Shown: positions 40,286 through 50,590, numbered from the stretch's first letter. The stretch is DNA of 64,000 nt from an uncultured virus (IMG/VR IMGVR_UViG_3300030330_005280) (IMGVR_UViG_3300030330_005280:1-64000), one strand, 5' to 3'. A program made the numbers and translations. The notes: generated from the letters alone by a model not told the origin.

Positions 40286-43200
40286 TTTAATAGAACAAAT
40301 ATCAAAGCGACTTTTCTTTTCCAAAGATAAGGATAAGTTTCAATTTGCTAGAAGCAAACCTGATACTACTTATGAAGCTGTTGATTTAAGCCGCGAAGAA
40401 CACAGAAAAGTTTTTCATTGGTGGGCTATATTTCCATTTGCTAACACATCAGTGAATGTAGAAGATGTATTGGAACTATTGAATAGAGACTCTCCTTGGA
40501 TTTGGGAAGATAGTACCGATAATAGTAACCTTGCTGATTCTAGTATTGAGATCACTATTGATGACTTAACACATCTCTATAACCACACAGTTGAAAACTG
40601 GAATCAAAGAAATGCTGAGGCAGATGTAGCATTACAACGTGACAATCCAGCTGGATATACGACAACAGAAGGAATGAACAACAACAGTTTTGCTGATGCT
40701 CCACTCAAAAGTACGTGGAACTGGATTGTTAGTGCCGGTACTCGTAATACAGTTGTAGGATGGTTTTCTAATGATCCAGCAGCACCTTTCGGAAAATTAT
40801 TAAAAAGTATTGAAGAATGGAATACAGGTAATTCCACAGTACCAAGTTCTTATGTAGATATCATGACAGATATTATTAGAGATGCAAAGAACTATAAAGG
40901 ATCTCCATTTTATACTTTGTTTTATCCAGATAACGTATTAAAGAATTTAATAAGAACATCTAGGACTTTAGATTCTGTTAATAAAAGCTTAAGAGGAAGT
41001 TTTTATAATCTTGATAGTTATACTAATAGAGTAAGTGGCTACATATCTTTAATTTTAAATGGTATAGAAAACATAAACACCTCTACTGAAACTTTACCGG
41101 GAATACCAGCTGGTGTTATAGTTTCTGCAAGACCAAGATCGTTGGCATATTTAGCTTCTGATCAAAATGGTGTTATAGCACCTTCTAACAACATCTTGGA
41201 AGAAATTACAATACAAGAAGGTGTGACACAAAACTTTTCTTATATAAATAATGAATTTCCAAAATTTATTTATGTTGAACGGGGAAAAAACCAACAGAGA
41301 AAATTTGAAACAGATCTTAAAAACGAAGACTTGTTTGGTGCTGAAGTTCCTGAGAAAAAATCAGTAAAATATAAAGAAGCTTTAAACGAGGAACAGGCAG
41401 AACTTTGGAGTGCAATCTCGAACCCAACTTTATCAAAACTTGATATACAGTTTAGCGAAATTGCTGAAATATATGGTGATAACTTAAAAGTATCTAATCT
41501 AGATCTTTTTACCTACTCCACTTCAAATAAAAAAATTAAAACTGAACTTAACGAGATTATACTCAGCAACTATGTTAGACATGGTATTGCTTTAAATAAA
41601 CAACCTGACGTACCTGAAACTTTAGCTATAGAATTTAATGACAAAGCTTATTCTACAGCTATAGAAATAACTGGGATGATAATCCAACAGTATGCTTTTG
41701 ACAGAAGGGCTGATTATTTTGTTATATTTTTAAAATCAATTTTAGGTGAAATTGATGATATTGATGAAGCAAAAGAAAAAGCAGCCAAAATACAGAAAGA
41801 TCAAGCAGAAGACGATGTTGATGAAGCAGCAGAGGAAGCAGCGAAAGAAGAAGCTAAAAGAATAGAGCAAATACAAAGATTTTTTAACCAATGTATGCTT
41901 TTAGCTAATATGGACAATTTACAAACTTATTATTGCGACAGGACTACAAGGATGCATGCAGCAAAATTTGGTATTCATCAAAATGATATATATGGAGGTA
42001 GATATTATAATATTGTATCTAAAGCTCCTCACGCAACAATAAGCAAAATAAAACAAAAAAACACTTACTATACAGATTTGTTTAGTAAATTAACACCAAA
42101 CATCCAAGCCCATCTTGTGCCATATATTAAAATAGAAAAAGTCTTTATTAATGCTGAAAACGATACAATTACAACAGAAATACCTTTTGAAAATTTTCCA
42201 AGAGAACACAACACAAAAGACAAACCTTTAGATTACTTAAAAAGATCTAAAACTCCTGGTTTTATTAATAAAGGTGGGCACGTTGCTCTTGAAGACCTAT
42301 CTTTTAGTTTTGATGGAGAAACACCTGCTACAGCAGATAAGTATGTTACATGTAACATGTCATTAGTGTTTACAGACTTTAGAACTCTTTTTGAAGATAG
42401 GAGTACATATTCTAGATTTACTATTAATAAAAAAGTTACTAGAAAAGAGGACACATTTAAATATATTGACTTAGTAGTAAACCCAGTAATGAAAACTAAA
42501 GTCCCTTTAGTACCTGGTTCAAACAAAATGGAACATTATGACCCAACTTATTATAGAATAAAAATTACAGTTGGTTGGTCTTTAACAGACAATAGTCTTT
42601 TAGAAGGCGCAATTAGTGAAGATTATTCTATAGCAGAACTTAATACAGCTTTAGAAAATACAAGAGAAGTTTTTATGATGTGTACTATGGATCATGATAT
42701 AGACATAAAAGAGGATGGTTCTGTAAAACTAGGTATAAGCTTAAGAGGGTATGGTGATACTATAGGTAGATCAAATCGATTCAATGCTTTGATATCTCAA
42801 GCAAAAGAAACAGAAATACAGGTAATGCAAAAAGATTTTCAAAAACTAATAGATGAAGGTAAATGTACTGTTGCGCAAAGAGCAGAATTTGCAGCAGCAG
42901 TAGGTAATGTTAGATCTGAGAAGGCTGATGCTGCTTTTATGAACATCTTAAAAAGACTCATAGAAATGAAGGCAATTCATGATGCTAGACTTGATGAAGA
43001 AGATAAAACTAAATCATCTAAAACAAAAGAAAATTTTAAATCCAAAGGAACATTTACATTTAGGCCTCCAATAAAAACATCTTTACAAAATGAAGCAACA
43101 GATAAGTTTGATGGAAACGTTTTAACTGCCAAAAAAGGCTTGTATCAGTGTCAATATTTTTATTTTGGTGACTTAATGTACGCACTTTTGGACTGTATGT

Positions 43201-44414
43201 TTTATGATGAAGGTTCAAAAAATCCAGCACTAGGAGCAGAAAACATAAGATATATTTTGACAGACTTTAGTTACAAAAAATTTCTACCAGAAGAACCAGG
43301 TGAGAAGCTTAGTGATACTTCAGACATAAATATGCCAATAGCCGCTATACCTATATCTGTTCAGTATTTTAAAAATTGGTTTGCAAACAATATAATATCT
43401 CAAGAAATTTCAAGCATGCCTTTGAATGTTTTTGTTTTAAATTTCTTAAATGACGTTTGTGGATGTATGCTTTCTGACTTGTGTTTCTCTCTAGAAGAAG
43501 ACAAATCGTTAATGTTTAGACAAGCGGAAGCCCTAGGAAGTCTTGACTCAACAAAGGATCTCAACAATATAGCAAAAACTGCATTTGTTAGAAAAATTCA
43601 AGGAGCCTTTAATTCTGCTGGTGGTATTATATTAGCAAATGAAGCAAAATTGAGATCTAAAAATTTATTTCCCATAAACTTAAAAGACAAATCAATACCA
43701 GCAGATCAAATAATCACATATCAAATTATATATATGGATACAAAAGCAAAATACGCACATGGCAATGTTGCAGGTGAAACAGATAGTCAGTTGGGCATCT
43801 TACATCTTCAACCTGGTGCTAATTATGGTATCGTAAACAATGTTAGTTGGAAAAAAACAAACGTCCAGTATTTAAGAGAAATGAGAACTGCAAATTCACA
43901 GGGTCTTGGAGATTATGCTCAACTGTCAAATATGTACAGCGTCTCTCTTTCTTTATTTGGTAATTTTCTTTTTTACCCAGGAGTAATGATATTTATAGAT
44001 CCTAGTTATTTAGTAGGACCAAATCCTGGTGCTACATTAGGTGGTGGGTCCGTCCTTTTTGATGTTTTTAGCCCTGGTAGAGAAACCACAGGTGTTCTAG
44101 AGAGTCCAATAAATTATTGTAGGCTTATGGGTATTGGAGGATACCACACTGTGACAAAAACAAGTGTAAAGATTTCTAATGGAAAATTTGTAACCGATAT
44201 TGAGGCCAAGTTTGAATATAGTAGCGCTACTGATTCTAATACCAGTAGAGATAAAGCAATAAATCCAAAAAAACCAGGAAATATTTCTGATGAAGCACAA
44301 GATGCTAATGAAACTGATATTTGCAATAATGTTATTCAAACTATTCAGGGTAGAGCTAGTGATAAAGGGTCTATTGAGAAAGAAAATGATACTAATGAAG
44401 AGGGTGGAAATTAA
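40278..44414 (+). CDS. Large baseplate hub-like virion protein
   Basis: 1378 aa, GTG start with GGAG; C-terminal L.GN...YPG..I.I and GGY..V pattern of hub proteins. Confidence 0.55.
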   Translation: MPSLIEQISKRLFFSKDKDKFQFARSKPDTTYEAVDLSREEHRKVFHWWAIFPFANTSVNVEDVLELLNRDSPWIWEDSTDNSNLADSSIEITIDDLTHLYNHTVENWNQRNAEADVALQRDNPAGYTTTEGMNNNSFADAPLKSTWNWIVSAGTRNTVVGWFSNDPAAPFGKLLKSIEEWNTGNSTVPSSYVDIMTDIIRDAKNYKGSPFYTLFYPDNVLKNLIRTSRTLDSVNKSLRGSFYNLDSYTNRVSGYISLILNGIENINTSTETLPGIPAGVIVSARPRSLAYLASDQNGVIAPSNNILEEITIQEGVTQNFSYINNEFPKFIYVERGKNQQRKFETDLKNEDLFGAEVPEKKSVKYKEALNEEQAELWSAISNPTLSKLDIQFSEIAEIYGDNLKVSNLDLFTYSTSNKKIKTELNEIILSNYVRHGIALNKQPDVPETLAIEFNDKAYSTAIEITGMIIQQYAFDRRADYFVIFLKSILGEIDDIDEAKEKAAKIQKDQAEDDVDEAAEEAAKEEAKRIEQIQRFFNQCMLLANMDNLQTYYCDRTTRMHAAKFGIHQNDIYGGRYYNIVSKAPHATISKIKQKNTYYTDLFSKLTPNIQAHLVPYIKIEKVFINAENDTITTEIPFENFPREHNTKDKPLDYLKRSKTPGFINKGGHVALEDLSFSFDGETPATADKYVTCNMSLVFTDFRTLFEDRSTYSRFTINKKVTRKEDTFKYIDLVVNPVMKTKVPLVPGSNKMEHYDPTYYRIKITVGWSLTDNSLLEGAISEDYSIAELNTALENTREVFMMCTMDHDIDIKEDGSVKLGISLRGYGDTIGRSNRFNALISQAKETEIQVMQKDFQKLIDEGKCTVAQRAEFAAAVGNVRSEKADAAFMNILKRLIEMKAIHDARLDEEDKTKSSKTKENFKSKGTFTFRPPIKTSLQNEATDKFDGNVLTAKKGLYQCQYFYFGDLMYALLDCMFYDEGSKNPALGAENIRYILTDFSYKKFLPEEPGEKLSDTSDINMPIAAIPISVQYFKNWFANNIISQEISSMPLNVFVLNFLNDVCGCMLSDLCFSLEEDKSLMFRQAEALGSLDSTKDLNNIAKTAFVRKIQGAFNSAGGIILANEAKLRSKNLFPINLKDKSIPADQIITYQIIYMDTKAKYAHGNVAGETDSQLGILHLQPGANYGIVNNVSWKKTNVQYLREMRTANSQGLGDYAQLSNMYSVSLSLFGNFLFYPGVMIFIDPSYLVGPNPGATLGGGSVLFDVFSPGRETTGVLESPINYCRLMGIGGYHTVTKTSVKISNGKFVTDIEAKFEYSSATDSNTSRDKAINPKKPGNISDEAQDANETDICNNVIQTIQGRASDKGSIEKENDTNEEGGN

Positions 44415-45673
44415 TGCCTTCTGATTTTAAAGCAACTAACTCAACAACTAATCTTAGAAATTTGTATATACAAAGAAGCAAATATTATGCAAACGCTATG
44501 ATAGATCAAGACGGAAATAGAATTTCAGGAGTTGTTGATAACAATGCGTTCGAATATATATATTATGGAAAAACTGATTTAGCGCTAAATTCAATATGGC
44601 CAATTAGAGAAAATATAATTTATGGAAATGATATTTCTGTAAGAGGTTTAGACATTGCAGTTGATGCATTTGAAGAATTTAGAAGAGATATAAAATTGTC
44701 ATTAAAACTATCTCCTTCAAATTTAGGTTTTATAGATAGTGATCCTTACTTATCAAATATTAAATGTTTTAAATCTTATAACACTGATAGTGAAATATTA
44801 TATAATTCTCATATACAAAATATTTATGTAAATTTTTATAATTCTTTACAAACAAACAAGCTCTTTAATAATATAACAGATTTTGAATCGTTTGTCAAGT
44901 TTTTTTTAATATTTTTTCAAAGAAATGGAAAAAACATCCCACTAACAAGAACAGCGTGGCAAAAATCAAAATATAGTAACATATTTTCTACAGGTTTAGT
45001 ATTCTCAATTACAGATTTAGATTGCGGAGATGACACAAAGAAACAATCTTTTATAGAATCTCCTAATTTTGAACTGTATTTGCAAAGAGCTCAAGATAAT
45101 GGATTCAATATTTCTTTACAGTGCCCTTGGTTAATGTTTTTTAATCCACTGTCGTCGTCCTATAAATTAAGACCTAACAGTGGAGGTCCTGGTATTTTAG
45201 CAAATAGAGGGATAAATAATCCTAGAGAAACTTATAATGTAAAGTATTATAGATTATATAAAGAAGAAATATATAATATTAAAAATATATTAATTAAATT
45301 ATATAACTTATTTACTAGAAATTATCCATATATTAAAACTACAAAATTTGTTTGTGGTAAAACAGTAAAATGTAATGTTTTAAGACAACAGATAAACAAT
45401 GAAAGTTTTAATAAATTTTTATCAATAGATGATTTGATAAATTTTCTAATTGATGTTAAAAATGTTGAAGAAAATAAAGGTTTTGGTCCCGCTGAAATGG
45501 CAAGACTTAAAAATAAAGCAATTTTTTATTATAAAAATGTTGACATTTATCGTTCGATGAGTTATATTAACAAACAGTTCTTATCAACTTTCTATGAAAA
45601 AGAAGGAGGGATCAATTACTTCTTCTTCAGACAAGCTAAAAAGCAGGAGAAACTAGAACAACAAGAAACATAA
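44414..45673 (+). CDS. Hypothetical protein (very AT-rich)
   Basis: 419-aa ORF coupled to upstream gene. Confidence 0.7.
   Translation: MPSDFKATNSTTNLRNLYIQRSKYYANAMIDQDGNRISGVVDNNAFEYIYYGKTDLALNSIWPIRENIIYGNDISVRGLDIAVDAFEEFRRDIKLSLKLSPSNLGFIDSDPYLSNIKCFKSYNTDSEILYNSHIQNIYVNFYNSLQTNKLFNNITDFESFVKFFLIFFQRNGKNIPLTRTAWQKSKYSNIFSTGLVFSITDLDCGDDTKKQSFIESPNFELYLQRAQDNGFNISLQCPWLMFFNPLSSSYKLRPNSGGPGILANRGINNPRETYNVKYYRLYKEEIYNIKNILIKLYNLFTRNYPYIKTTKFVCGKTVKCNVLRQQINNESFNKFLSIDDLINFLIDVKNVEENKGFGPAEMARLKNKAIFYYKNVDIYRSMSYINKQFLSTFYEKEGGINYFFFRQAKKQEKLEQQET
45540..45568 (+). promoter_or_regulatory. sigma70-type promoter upstream of PolA-like gene
   Basis: TTGACA-17-TATATT. Confidence 0.55.
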
Positions 45674-45685
45674 TTCGGAGGATAA

Positions 45686-46861
45686 ATGATATTTCAAATA
45701 ATTGATGACAAAAAAGAATGCAGAGGATACTTTGCTGATGGAAAACTAAGATTAAAAAAACTTCCAACATCACTATCAGCTACTTGGGACTGGTCTGAGC
45801 TTATTGGAGACCGAGATGTGATACTGGCAAAAATAATTATGGAAGGAAAAACAATAGAAGATGCTTGTCCTGAGCATTTAAAAGAAAGATTACAAGCAAG
45901 AAAAAATAAAATGAAAGCACACCTTAGATCATTAATAAAATCTAAAGTTATCTTAGAAGATATATGCTTTTATGACCTTGTACCAACAAAAGATATTCAA
46001 CATTACTATAATCTTTTAAATGAAATCACAGAATGGGTAATTGATAACAATCCTAAGCCTAAAAATTATCGACTATTACACAATATAAACATTATGTGTA
46101 AAGAAATAGCAAAACAAGAAATAAGATTCAATAAAGGCAAGTGGAAACAACATGCTAAAACAGATCAAAAAGCAATGTATCTTGTTAAGTCTCATTGGGA
46201 AGGTAAGTCTTATGTTGATTACAACCCTTGGGGAACCGTTACAGGACGTTTAGGACTTAATCAAGGGTCTTTTCCTATTCTTAACCTTAAAACCTCACTA
46301 AAGGACATTATAGAGCCTAAGTGGGATTGCTTTGTGGAACTTGACTTTAATGGTGCCGAGTTAAGAACCCTACTACACCTCTCTGGGCACCCCCAACCAC
46401 ACGAGGATATACATGATTGGAATCAAACTAACATTTTTAATAATACTATTGAACGAGCTGATGCTAAGAAACAGATTTTTGCGTGGCTCTACAACCCTAC
46501 TTCAACAGCAGTTGACACTGATTACTATGATAAGAAAAAAGTCTTATCTAAATTTTATAAGGAGGGAGTTGTATCTACTCCGTTTGGAAGAACAATACCT
46601 TCAGATGATTTCCACTCGCTTAACTACCTTATACAATCAACCTCCTCAGATAATTTCCTTGACAGAGCATCCGCGATACAAAAATACTGTAAAAGACTTA
46701 AAACCAACGTAGCGTTTCTTGTTCATGACTCTATTGTATTAGATGTTCCTCTTGAGGAAAAAGATAGAATAAGAGAAATCGTTGAGATCTTTCAAAATAC
46801 CAAACTAGGAAAGTTCAAAGTGAACATCAACGTCGGAAAGAACCTTGGAGAATTAAAATGA
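45686..46861 (+). CDS. Compact family A DNA polymerase lacking recognisable exonuclease domains
   Basis: TVTGRL, motif A ELDFNGAELR, motif B RADAKKQIFAWLY, NYLIQS, motif C VHDS. Confidence 0.85.
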   Translation: MIFQIIDDKKECRGYFADGKLRLKKLPTSLSATWDWSELIGDRDVILAKIIMEGKTIEDACPEHLKERLQARKNKMKAHLRSLIKSKVILEDICFYDLVPTKDIQHYYNLLNEITEWVIDNNPKPKNYRLLHNINIMCKEIAKQEIRFNKGKWKQHAKTDQKAMYLVKSHWEGKSYVDYNPWGTVTGRLGLNQGSFPILNLKTSLKDIIEPKWDCFVELDFNGAELRTLLHLSGHPQPHEDIHDWNQTNIFNNTIERADAKKQIFAWLYNPTSTAVDTDYYDKKKVLSKFYKEGVVSTPFGRTIPSDDFHSLNYLIQSTSSDNFLDRASAIQKYCKRLKTNVAFLVHDSIVLDVPLEEKDRIREIVEIFQNTKLGKFKVNINVGKNLGELK

Positions 46862-47667
46862 AAAAATGTACAAAATGCGGAATTGAGAAGCCATTAACGG
46901 AGTTTTACAAGGCAAAAAAGTCAAAAGATGGATATCGAAATCAATGCAAGCAATGTCTTTCAAAACAAAAGAAAGAACATTACAATCGACCTGAAGTAAA
47001 AGAAAAAACAAAACAAAAACGAGCCAAGTATTATGCCAAAAACAGAAAAAGACTTCTCGAAAAACAAAAAAAATATAGTGCTAGTCCTGAATACAAAGAA
47101 CGAAAAAAGCAATATGATGCCGAATATCGTTCTCGTCCTGAAATTAAAGAAAGAGACAAAAAGCAAGCTTCTGAATATTATGCTCGACCTGAAATAAAAG
47201 AAAGAACAAAGCAAAACAGAAAAAAATATTATGCTGAGAATAGAGAAGAAATACTTGAAAAATCAAAAGCATATAATGCTCGACCTGAAATAAAAGAAAG
47301 AAAAAAGAAACAACAACGCAAGAATATTAAAAAACAACCAGCTTGTATCTATCAGATTAAAAATTCAATAAATAACCGTATTTACATTGGACAAACGACA
47401 AGAGGGGTAATTCGTATTAGAGATCATTTTTCTAGACTCCGAGGAAATTATCATACCAATATCAAACTCCAACAGGACTTCAATGAACACGGAGAAGAAG
47501 CATTTGAATGGTCAATAATAAAAGAGCTTTCAAAAGATAAAGATCTTCTTCTACTCGAAGAAGCAAGAGAAGTGCAAAAAAGAATTGATGATGGAGAAGA
47601 TCTTTATAATCTGGCACTAACAATTGAACAACTAAAAATGCTCAACGAAAATCAGGAGGAAAAATGA
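46858..47667 (+). CDS. GIY-YIG homing endonuclease-like protein with N-terminal zinc finger and helical repeats
   Basis: CTKC...CKQC; five R/SPE[IVY]KE repeats; CIYQIKN....IYIGQT...R...H. Confidence 0.85.
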   Translation: MKKCTKCGIEKPLTEFYKAKKSKDGYRNQCKQCLSKQKKEHYNRPEVKEKTKQKRAKYYAKNRKRLLEKQKKYSASPEYKERKKQYDAEYRSRPEIKERDKKQASEYYARPEIKERTKQNRKKYYAENREEILEKSKAYNARPEIKERKKKQQRKNIKKQPACIYQIKNSINNRIYIGQTTRGVIRIRDHFSRLRGNYHTNIKLQQDFNEHGEEAFEWSIIKELSKDKDLLLLEEAREVQKRIDDGEDLYNLALTIEQLKMLNENQEEK

Positions 47668-48476
47668 TAACCATAGGGCTTGGAAACGCAGGAATAAACA
47701 TATGTCGTAAGCTTGAGAATTTGGGCAAATATAAGACGATAGAGTTGGATGAGGGTAAAGGGTTACCTAAGTGTGAAACACACGAAGAATACGAATCTAG
47801 CGTCCCTAAATTAACAAATAAGCTACGACTTGGGAAAGAAAAAGATATTTGGTTTATTGTTTGTGGAGCATCTAAAGTTTCTGGGGCAACTCTAGCAATT
47901 CTAGAACAAATAAAAGATCGTGAGGTTAAGGTAATGTATATTGTACCTGATCCTTTCTTTTTATCAAAAACACAAAAATTACAACATAAAGTAACACTAG
48001 GTGTATTACAGGAATATGCTAGATCGGGTATGATCCATTCTATTTGGCTTTTTGATAATAAAATAATTTCTTCAATTGTGGGTGAAGGTTCACTAGGATC
48101 TTATTATGATAACGCTAATTCGGCGATTGCAAATTTTCTTGCCAATTATAATTGGTTTAAAAATTCTGTACCAATTGTAGGTAATCTACATGAGCCAAAA
48201 AATATATCAAGAATTAGAACCGTATCAATCGGTGAACTTGAAAAAAATAAAGAAAATTTGTATTTTTTACTTGACAACATAACAGAATCGTGTTATTATT
48301 ATAGTATAAGTTCTCACAAGAAAGAAAATGATAAATATCTTTTAAGTAATATAAGAACTTATTTAGAATCAAAAGAACAAACAAGTTTTGGAATATGGGA
48401 AAATGGTTCTGATCATTCATTTTTCTATTCCATCAAGTTCACACACTACATACAGGAGGAAAAAAAAATAAAATAA
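47664..48476 (+). CDS. Divergent tubulin/FtsZ-fold protein
   Basis: IGLGNAGINI T1 loop, LFDN, YYDNAN..IA; GGGTG signature replaced by GASKVSGA. Confidence 0.6.
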   Translation: MITIGLGNAGINICRKLENLGKYKTIELDEGKGLPKCETHEEYESSVPKLTNKLRLGKEKDIWFIVCGASKVSGATLAILEQIKDREVKVMYIVPDPFFLSKTQKLQHKVTLGVLQEYARSGMIHSIWLFDNKIISSIVGEGSLGSYYDNANSAIANFLANYNWFKNSVPIVGNLHEPKNISRIRTVSIGELEKNKENLYFLLDNITESCYYYSISSHKKENDKYLLSNIRTYLESKEQTSFGIWENGSDHSFFYSIKFTHYIQEEKKIK

Positions 48477-48477
48477 C

Positions 48478-48506
48478 TTGACAAACTTATCAAAGTGTGT
48501 TATATT
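48478..48506 (+). promoter_or_regulatory. sigma70-type promoter
   Basis: TTGACA-17-TATATT with extended TG; a second TTGACA-17-TATTAT at 48271-48299. Confidence 0.7.
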
Positions 48507-48608
48507 GTAAATGATAGGTTCGAAAACAAAATTGAAGTTTTCTTAACTATCCTGACGAAACAGTAAAGGGTTATGAAGAACCAATCTTCAAAAAAAAGGA
48601 AAAACGCA

Positions 48609-49850
48609 ATGCGTAAATCCATAAGAGCTCATCAATTTATGAGCCTAATAAATAAAATTCATATTGATCCAAACTTTCAAAGAAGAGCTTGTTGGTCAAT
48701 TGAGAAGAAAAGAAACTTTATTCTTTCTCTCAACAAAGGAAGAGTGATAAATCCTATCGTTGTTTCTTGCGCTAGAACTGGTTTAGAAGCTAGTGTTACT
48801 GGTTCTGTTTCTAGCGAAAAGTATAATTCTATACTAAAAAATAATGAAATATATGTTTCATTAGATGGTCAAAACAGAACCAATACTATTAAAGAGTTCT
48901 TCAATGACAAATTAAACATCACAGGTGATTTCATTGATGCTGATGGGATGACTGTTGGTGTTACTAATAAGTTATTTAGTCAATTACCAAATAGACTTCG
49001 AGATGCTTTAAAGGATGCTAATGTTGAGTTCCATATTATGGAAGGAGTTCCATATGATGAATTGAACGATATTTTTCTTAGTATTAATGATGGTGTTCCA
49101 CTAAACGAACAGCAAAGAAGAAATGCTATTAGCACTCCTATTTCCCCTTGGTTTAGAGAACTTGCTGAAAGTTATGTTCAAATGTGGACTCTAGTACAAG
49201 GATTTAAAGATAGAGATTTGGAGATGTTTAAAGATGTTGAGTGGACTGTAAAATTTTATATGGGCACTCTTCAAGACTATAATATTCTAACTGACAATCC
49301 CGGGATGGACCATTTTTATAACTTAGGAAAAGGACAAACTTTGAACCAAGTTAAAGAATATCGTGGTCCACGAAGACAAAGGTTTACCAGTATACTTAAT
49401 ATTACTCATTCCTTAGTCAAAGCAGCTAAGACTTTAGAAAAATATAAGAAAAATGTTATTCCTAGAAAATATTTTCATAGTTTTATATTACTAGCTGAAT
49501 ATCTTCATGATAATCAAATACTCAATTCTATACCAAATGGTTTATCCCCTAATGGTTATAAAGAATTAGCTGAGCTAACTTGCTTGTTAGATGAAAAGTT
49601 ATCTAAAAAATCAGATAAACAGTTTTCTGTTGATATAGATAAATTTGATAAAGGTTTAATTAAAGATGAACCGAAAAGAAATCAATACTATTCTTTTTGG
49701 AGAACAAACTGGAAAGCTCCTTCTCTGAGAAATTCTAGAAAAACTTTACTTCTAACAGAAATCATAAACCATCAAGAGTATAATGCTATTATTGCTCATG
49801 AAATGATCACTGATGAAGAATCTATTGAAGAATCGGAAGAAGTAGCTTAA
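48609..49850 (+). CDS. DUF262 (ParB-like/GmrS N-terminal) domain protein
   Basis: PNFQRRACW, LDGQNR, FLSINDGVPLN; alternative start at 48573. Confidence 0.8.
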   Translation: MRKSIRAHQFMSLINKIHIDPNFQRRACWSIEKKRNFILSLNKGRVINPIVVSCARTGLEASVTGSVSSEKYNSILKNNEIYVSLDGQNRTNTIKEFFNDKLNITGDFIDADGMTVGVTNKLFSQLPNRLRDALKDANVEFHIMEGVPYDELNDIFLSINDGVPLNEQQRRNAISTPISPWFRELAESYVQMWTLVQGFKDRDLEMFKDVEWTVKFYMGTLQDYNILTDNPGMDHFYNLGKGQTLNQVKEYRGPRRQRFTSILNITHSLVKAAKTLEKYKKNVIPRKYFHSFILLAEYLHDNQILNSIPNGLSPNGYKELAELTCLLDEKLSKKSDKQFSVDIDKFDKGLIKDEPKRNQYYSFWRTNWKAPSLRNSRKTLLLTEIINHQEYNAIIAHEMITDEESIEESEEVA

Positions 49851-49907
49851 ACAAAAACCGCAGGGAGGCATGGGTTTTAGATGCCTCAAGTTTTTTAAAA
49901 AAAATAC

Positions 49908-50033
49908 TTGACAAACTTTCAATAGTATGTTATAATATATATATAAAACAAAACTTCATTAAGTTTGCTCTTACATCGCCGGAAAAAAAAATATAAAAAA
50001 ATACTTGACAAAATGTTAAGAACATGTTATAAT
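49908..50033 (+). promoter_or_regulatory. Tandem consensus sigma70 promoters with A-rich UP elements
   Basis: TTGACA-17-TATAAT at 49908-49936 and 50005-50033, both with extended TG. Confidence 0.9.
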
Positions 50034-50044
50034 AATAACACGAT

Positions 50045-50078
50045 GGTTGTTTCGAGATTCAACCGAAATTCAAATCTC
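50045..50078 (+). promoter_or_regulatory. H-type pseudoknot in 5' leader
   Basis: GGTTG/CAACC (50045-49/50060-64) and GAGATT/AATCTC (50054-59/50073-78). Confidence 0.6.
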
Positions 50079-50116
50079 AAAAACTAATAATGACAACTAA
50101 CACCTGAGGAGGATTT

Positions 50117-50380
50117 ATGTCTACAAATACATTCACATTCAACGCTAACGTTTACACCGGAAGCTTCACAAAGAAAGATGGTTCTACACGAACAATGCGT
50201 TTCTTAAAAGAAAATGCTGTTCCATCTTCACTTAAAGGTTCTGGTACAAAACCACGTTACTTAGATACAAAGCATGAAGTTGTATTTGATCTTGACCAAA
50301 ATGGCTGGAGAGTTTTTAATCATAACTCTGTTATTGATAAGCCAACATTTTCAAGACAAGAAGTTACAATCAACTCATAA
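50117..50380 (+). CDS. WYL_2/DUF2693-like SH3-fold protein
   Basis: FTKKDGSTR.M...VFDLDQNGWRVF; GAGGAGG RBS. Confidence 0.7.
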   Translation: MSTNTFTFNANVYTGSFTKKDGSTRTMRFLKENAVPSSLKGSGTKPRYLDTKHEVVFDLDQNGWRVFNHNSVIDKPTFSRQEVTINS

Positions 50381-50590
50381 ATAAAATATCTAAATAAAAA
50401 AAAATAAAAAAAATACGTAAGTTTTAATAACTTCCTCCGCGTTGTTTGCCAAGATCACCAACCATCTAAAAAACTTGGCCCTCATTATCTTCCTATTACA
50501 AGGACTGTAAATGGAAGCGACATTGGTTGGAATACAAAGTATTCTTGCCTTAGACAGTAAAGTCAATAATAACAATAAAGGAGTAAAATT

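Noticed and set aside
48520..48590. CTGACGA and GAAA suggested a hammerhead ribozyme
   Set aside because: Could not build stems I-III around the core in any permutation.
50045..50090. Hairpin followed by AAAAACTAA suggested a preQ1-I riboswitch
   Set aside because: The loop lacks the preQ1 consensus and no queuosine-related gene follows.
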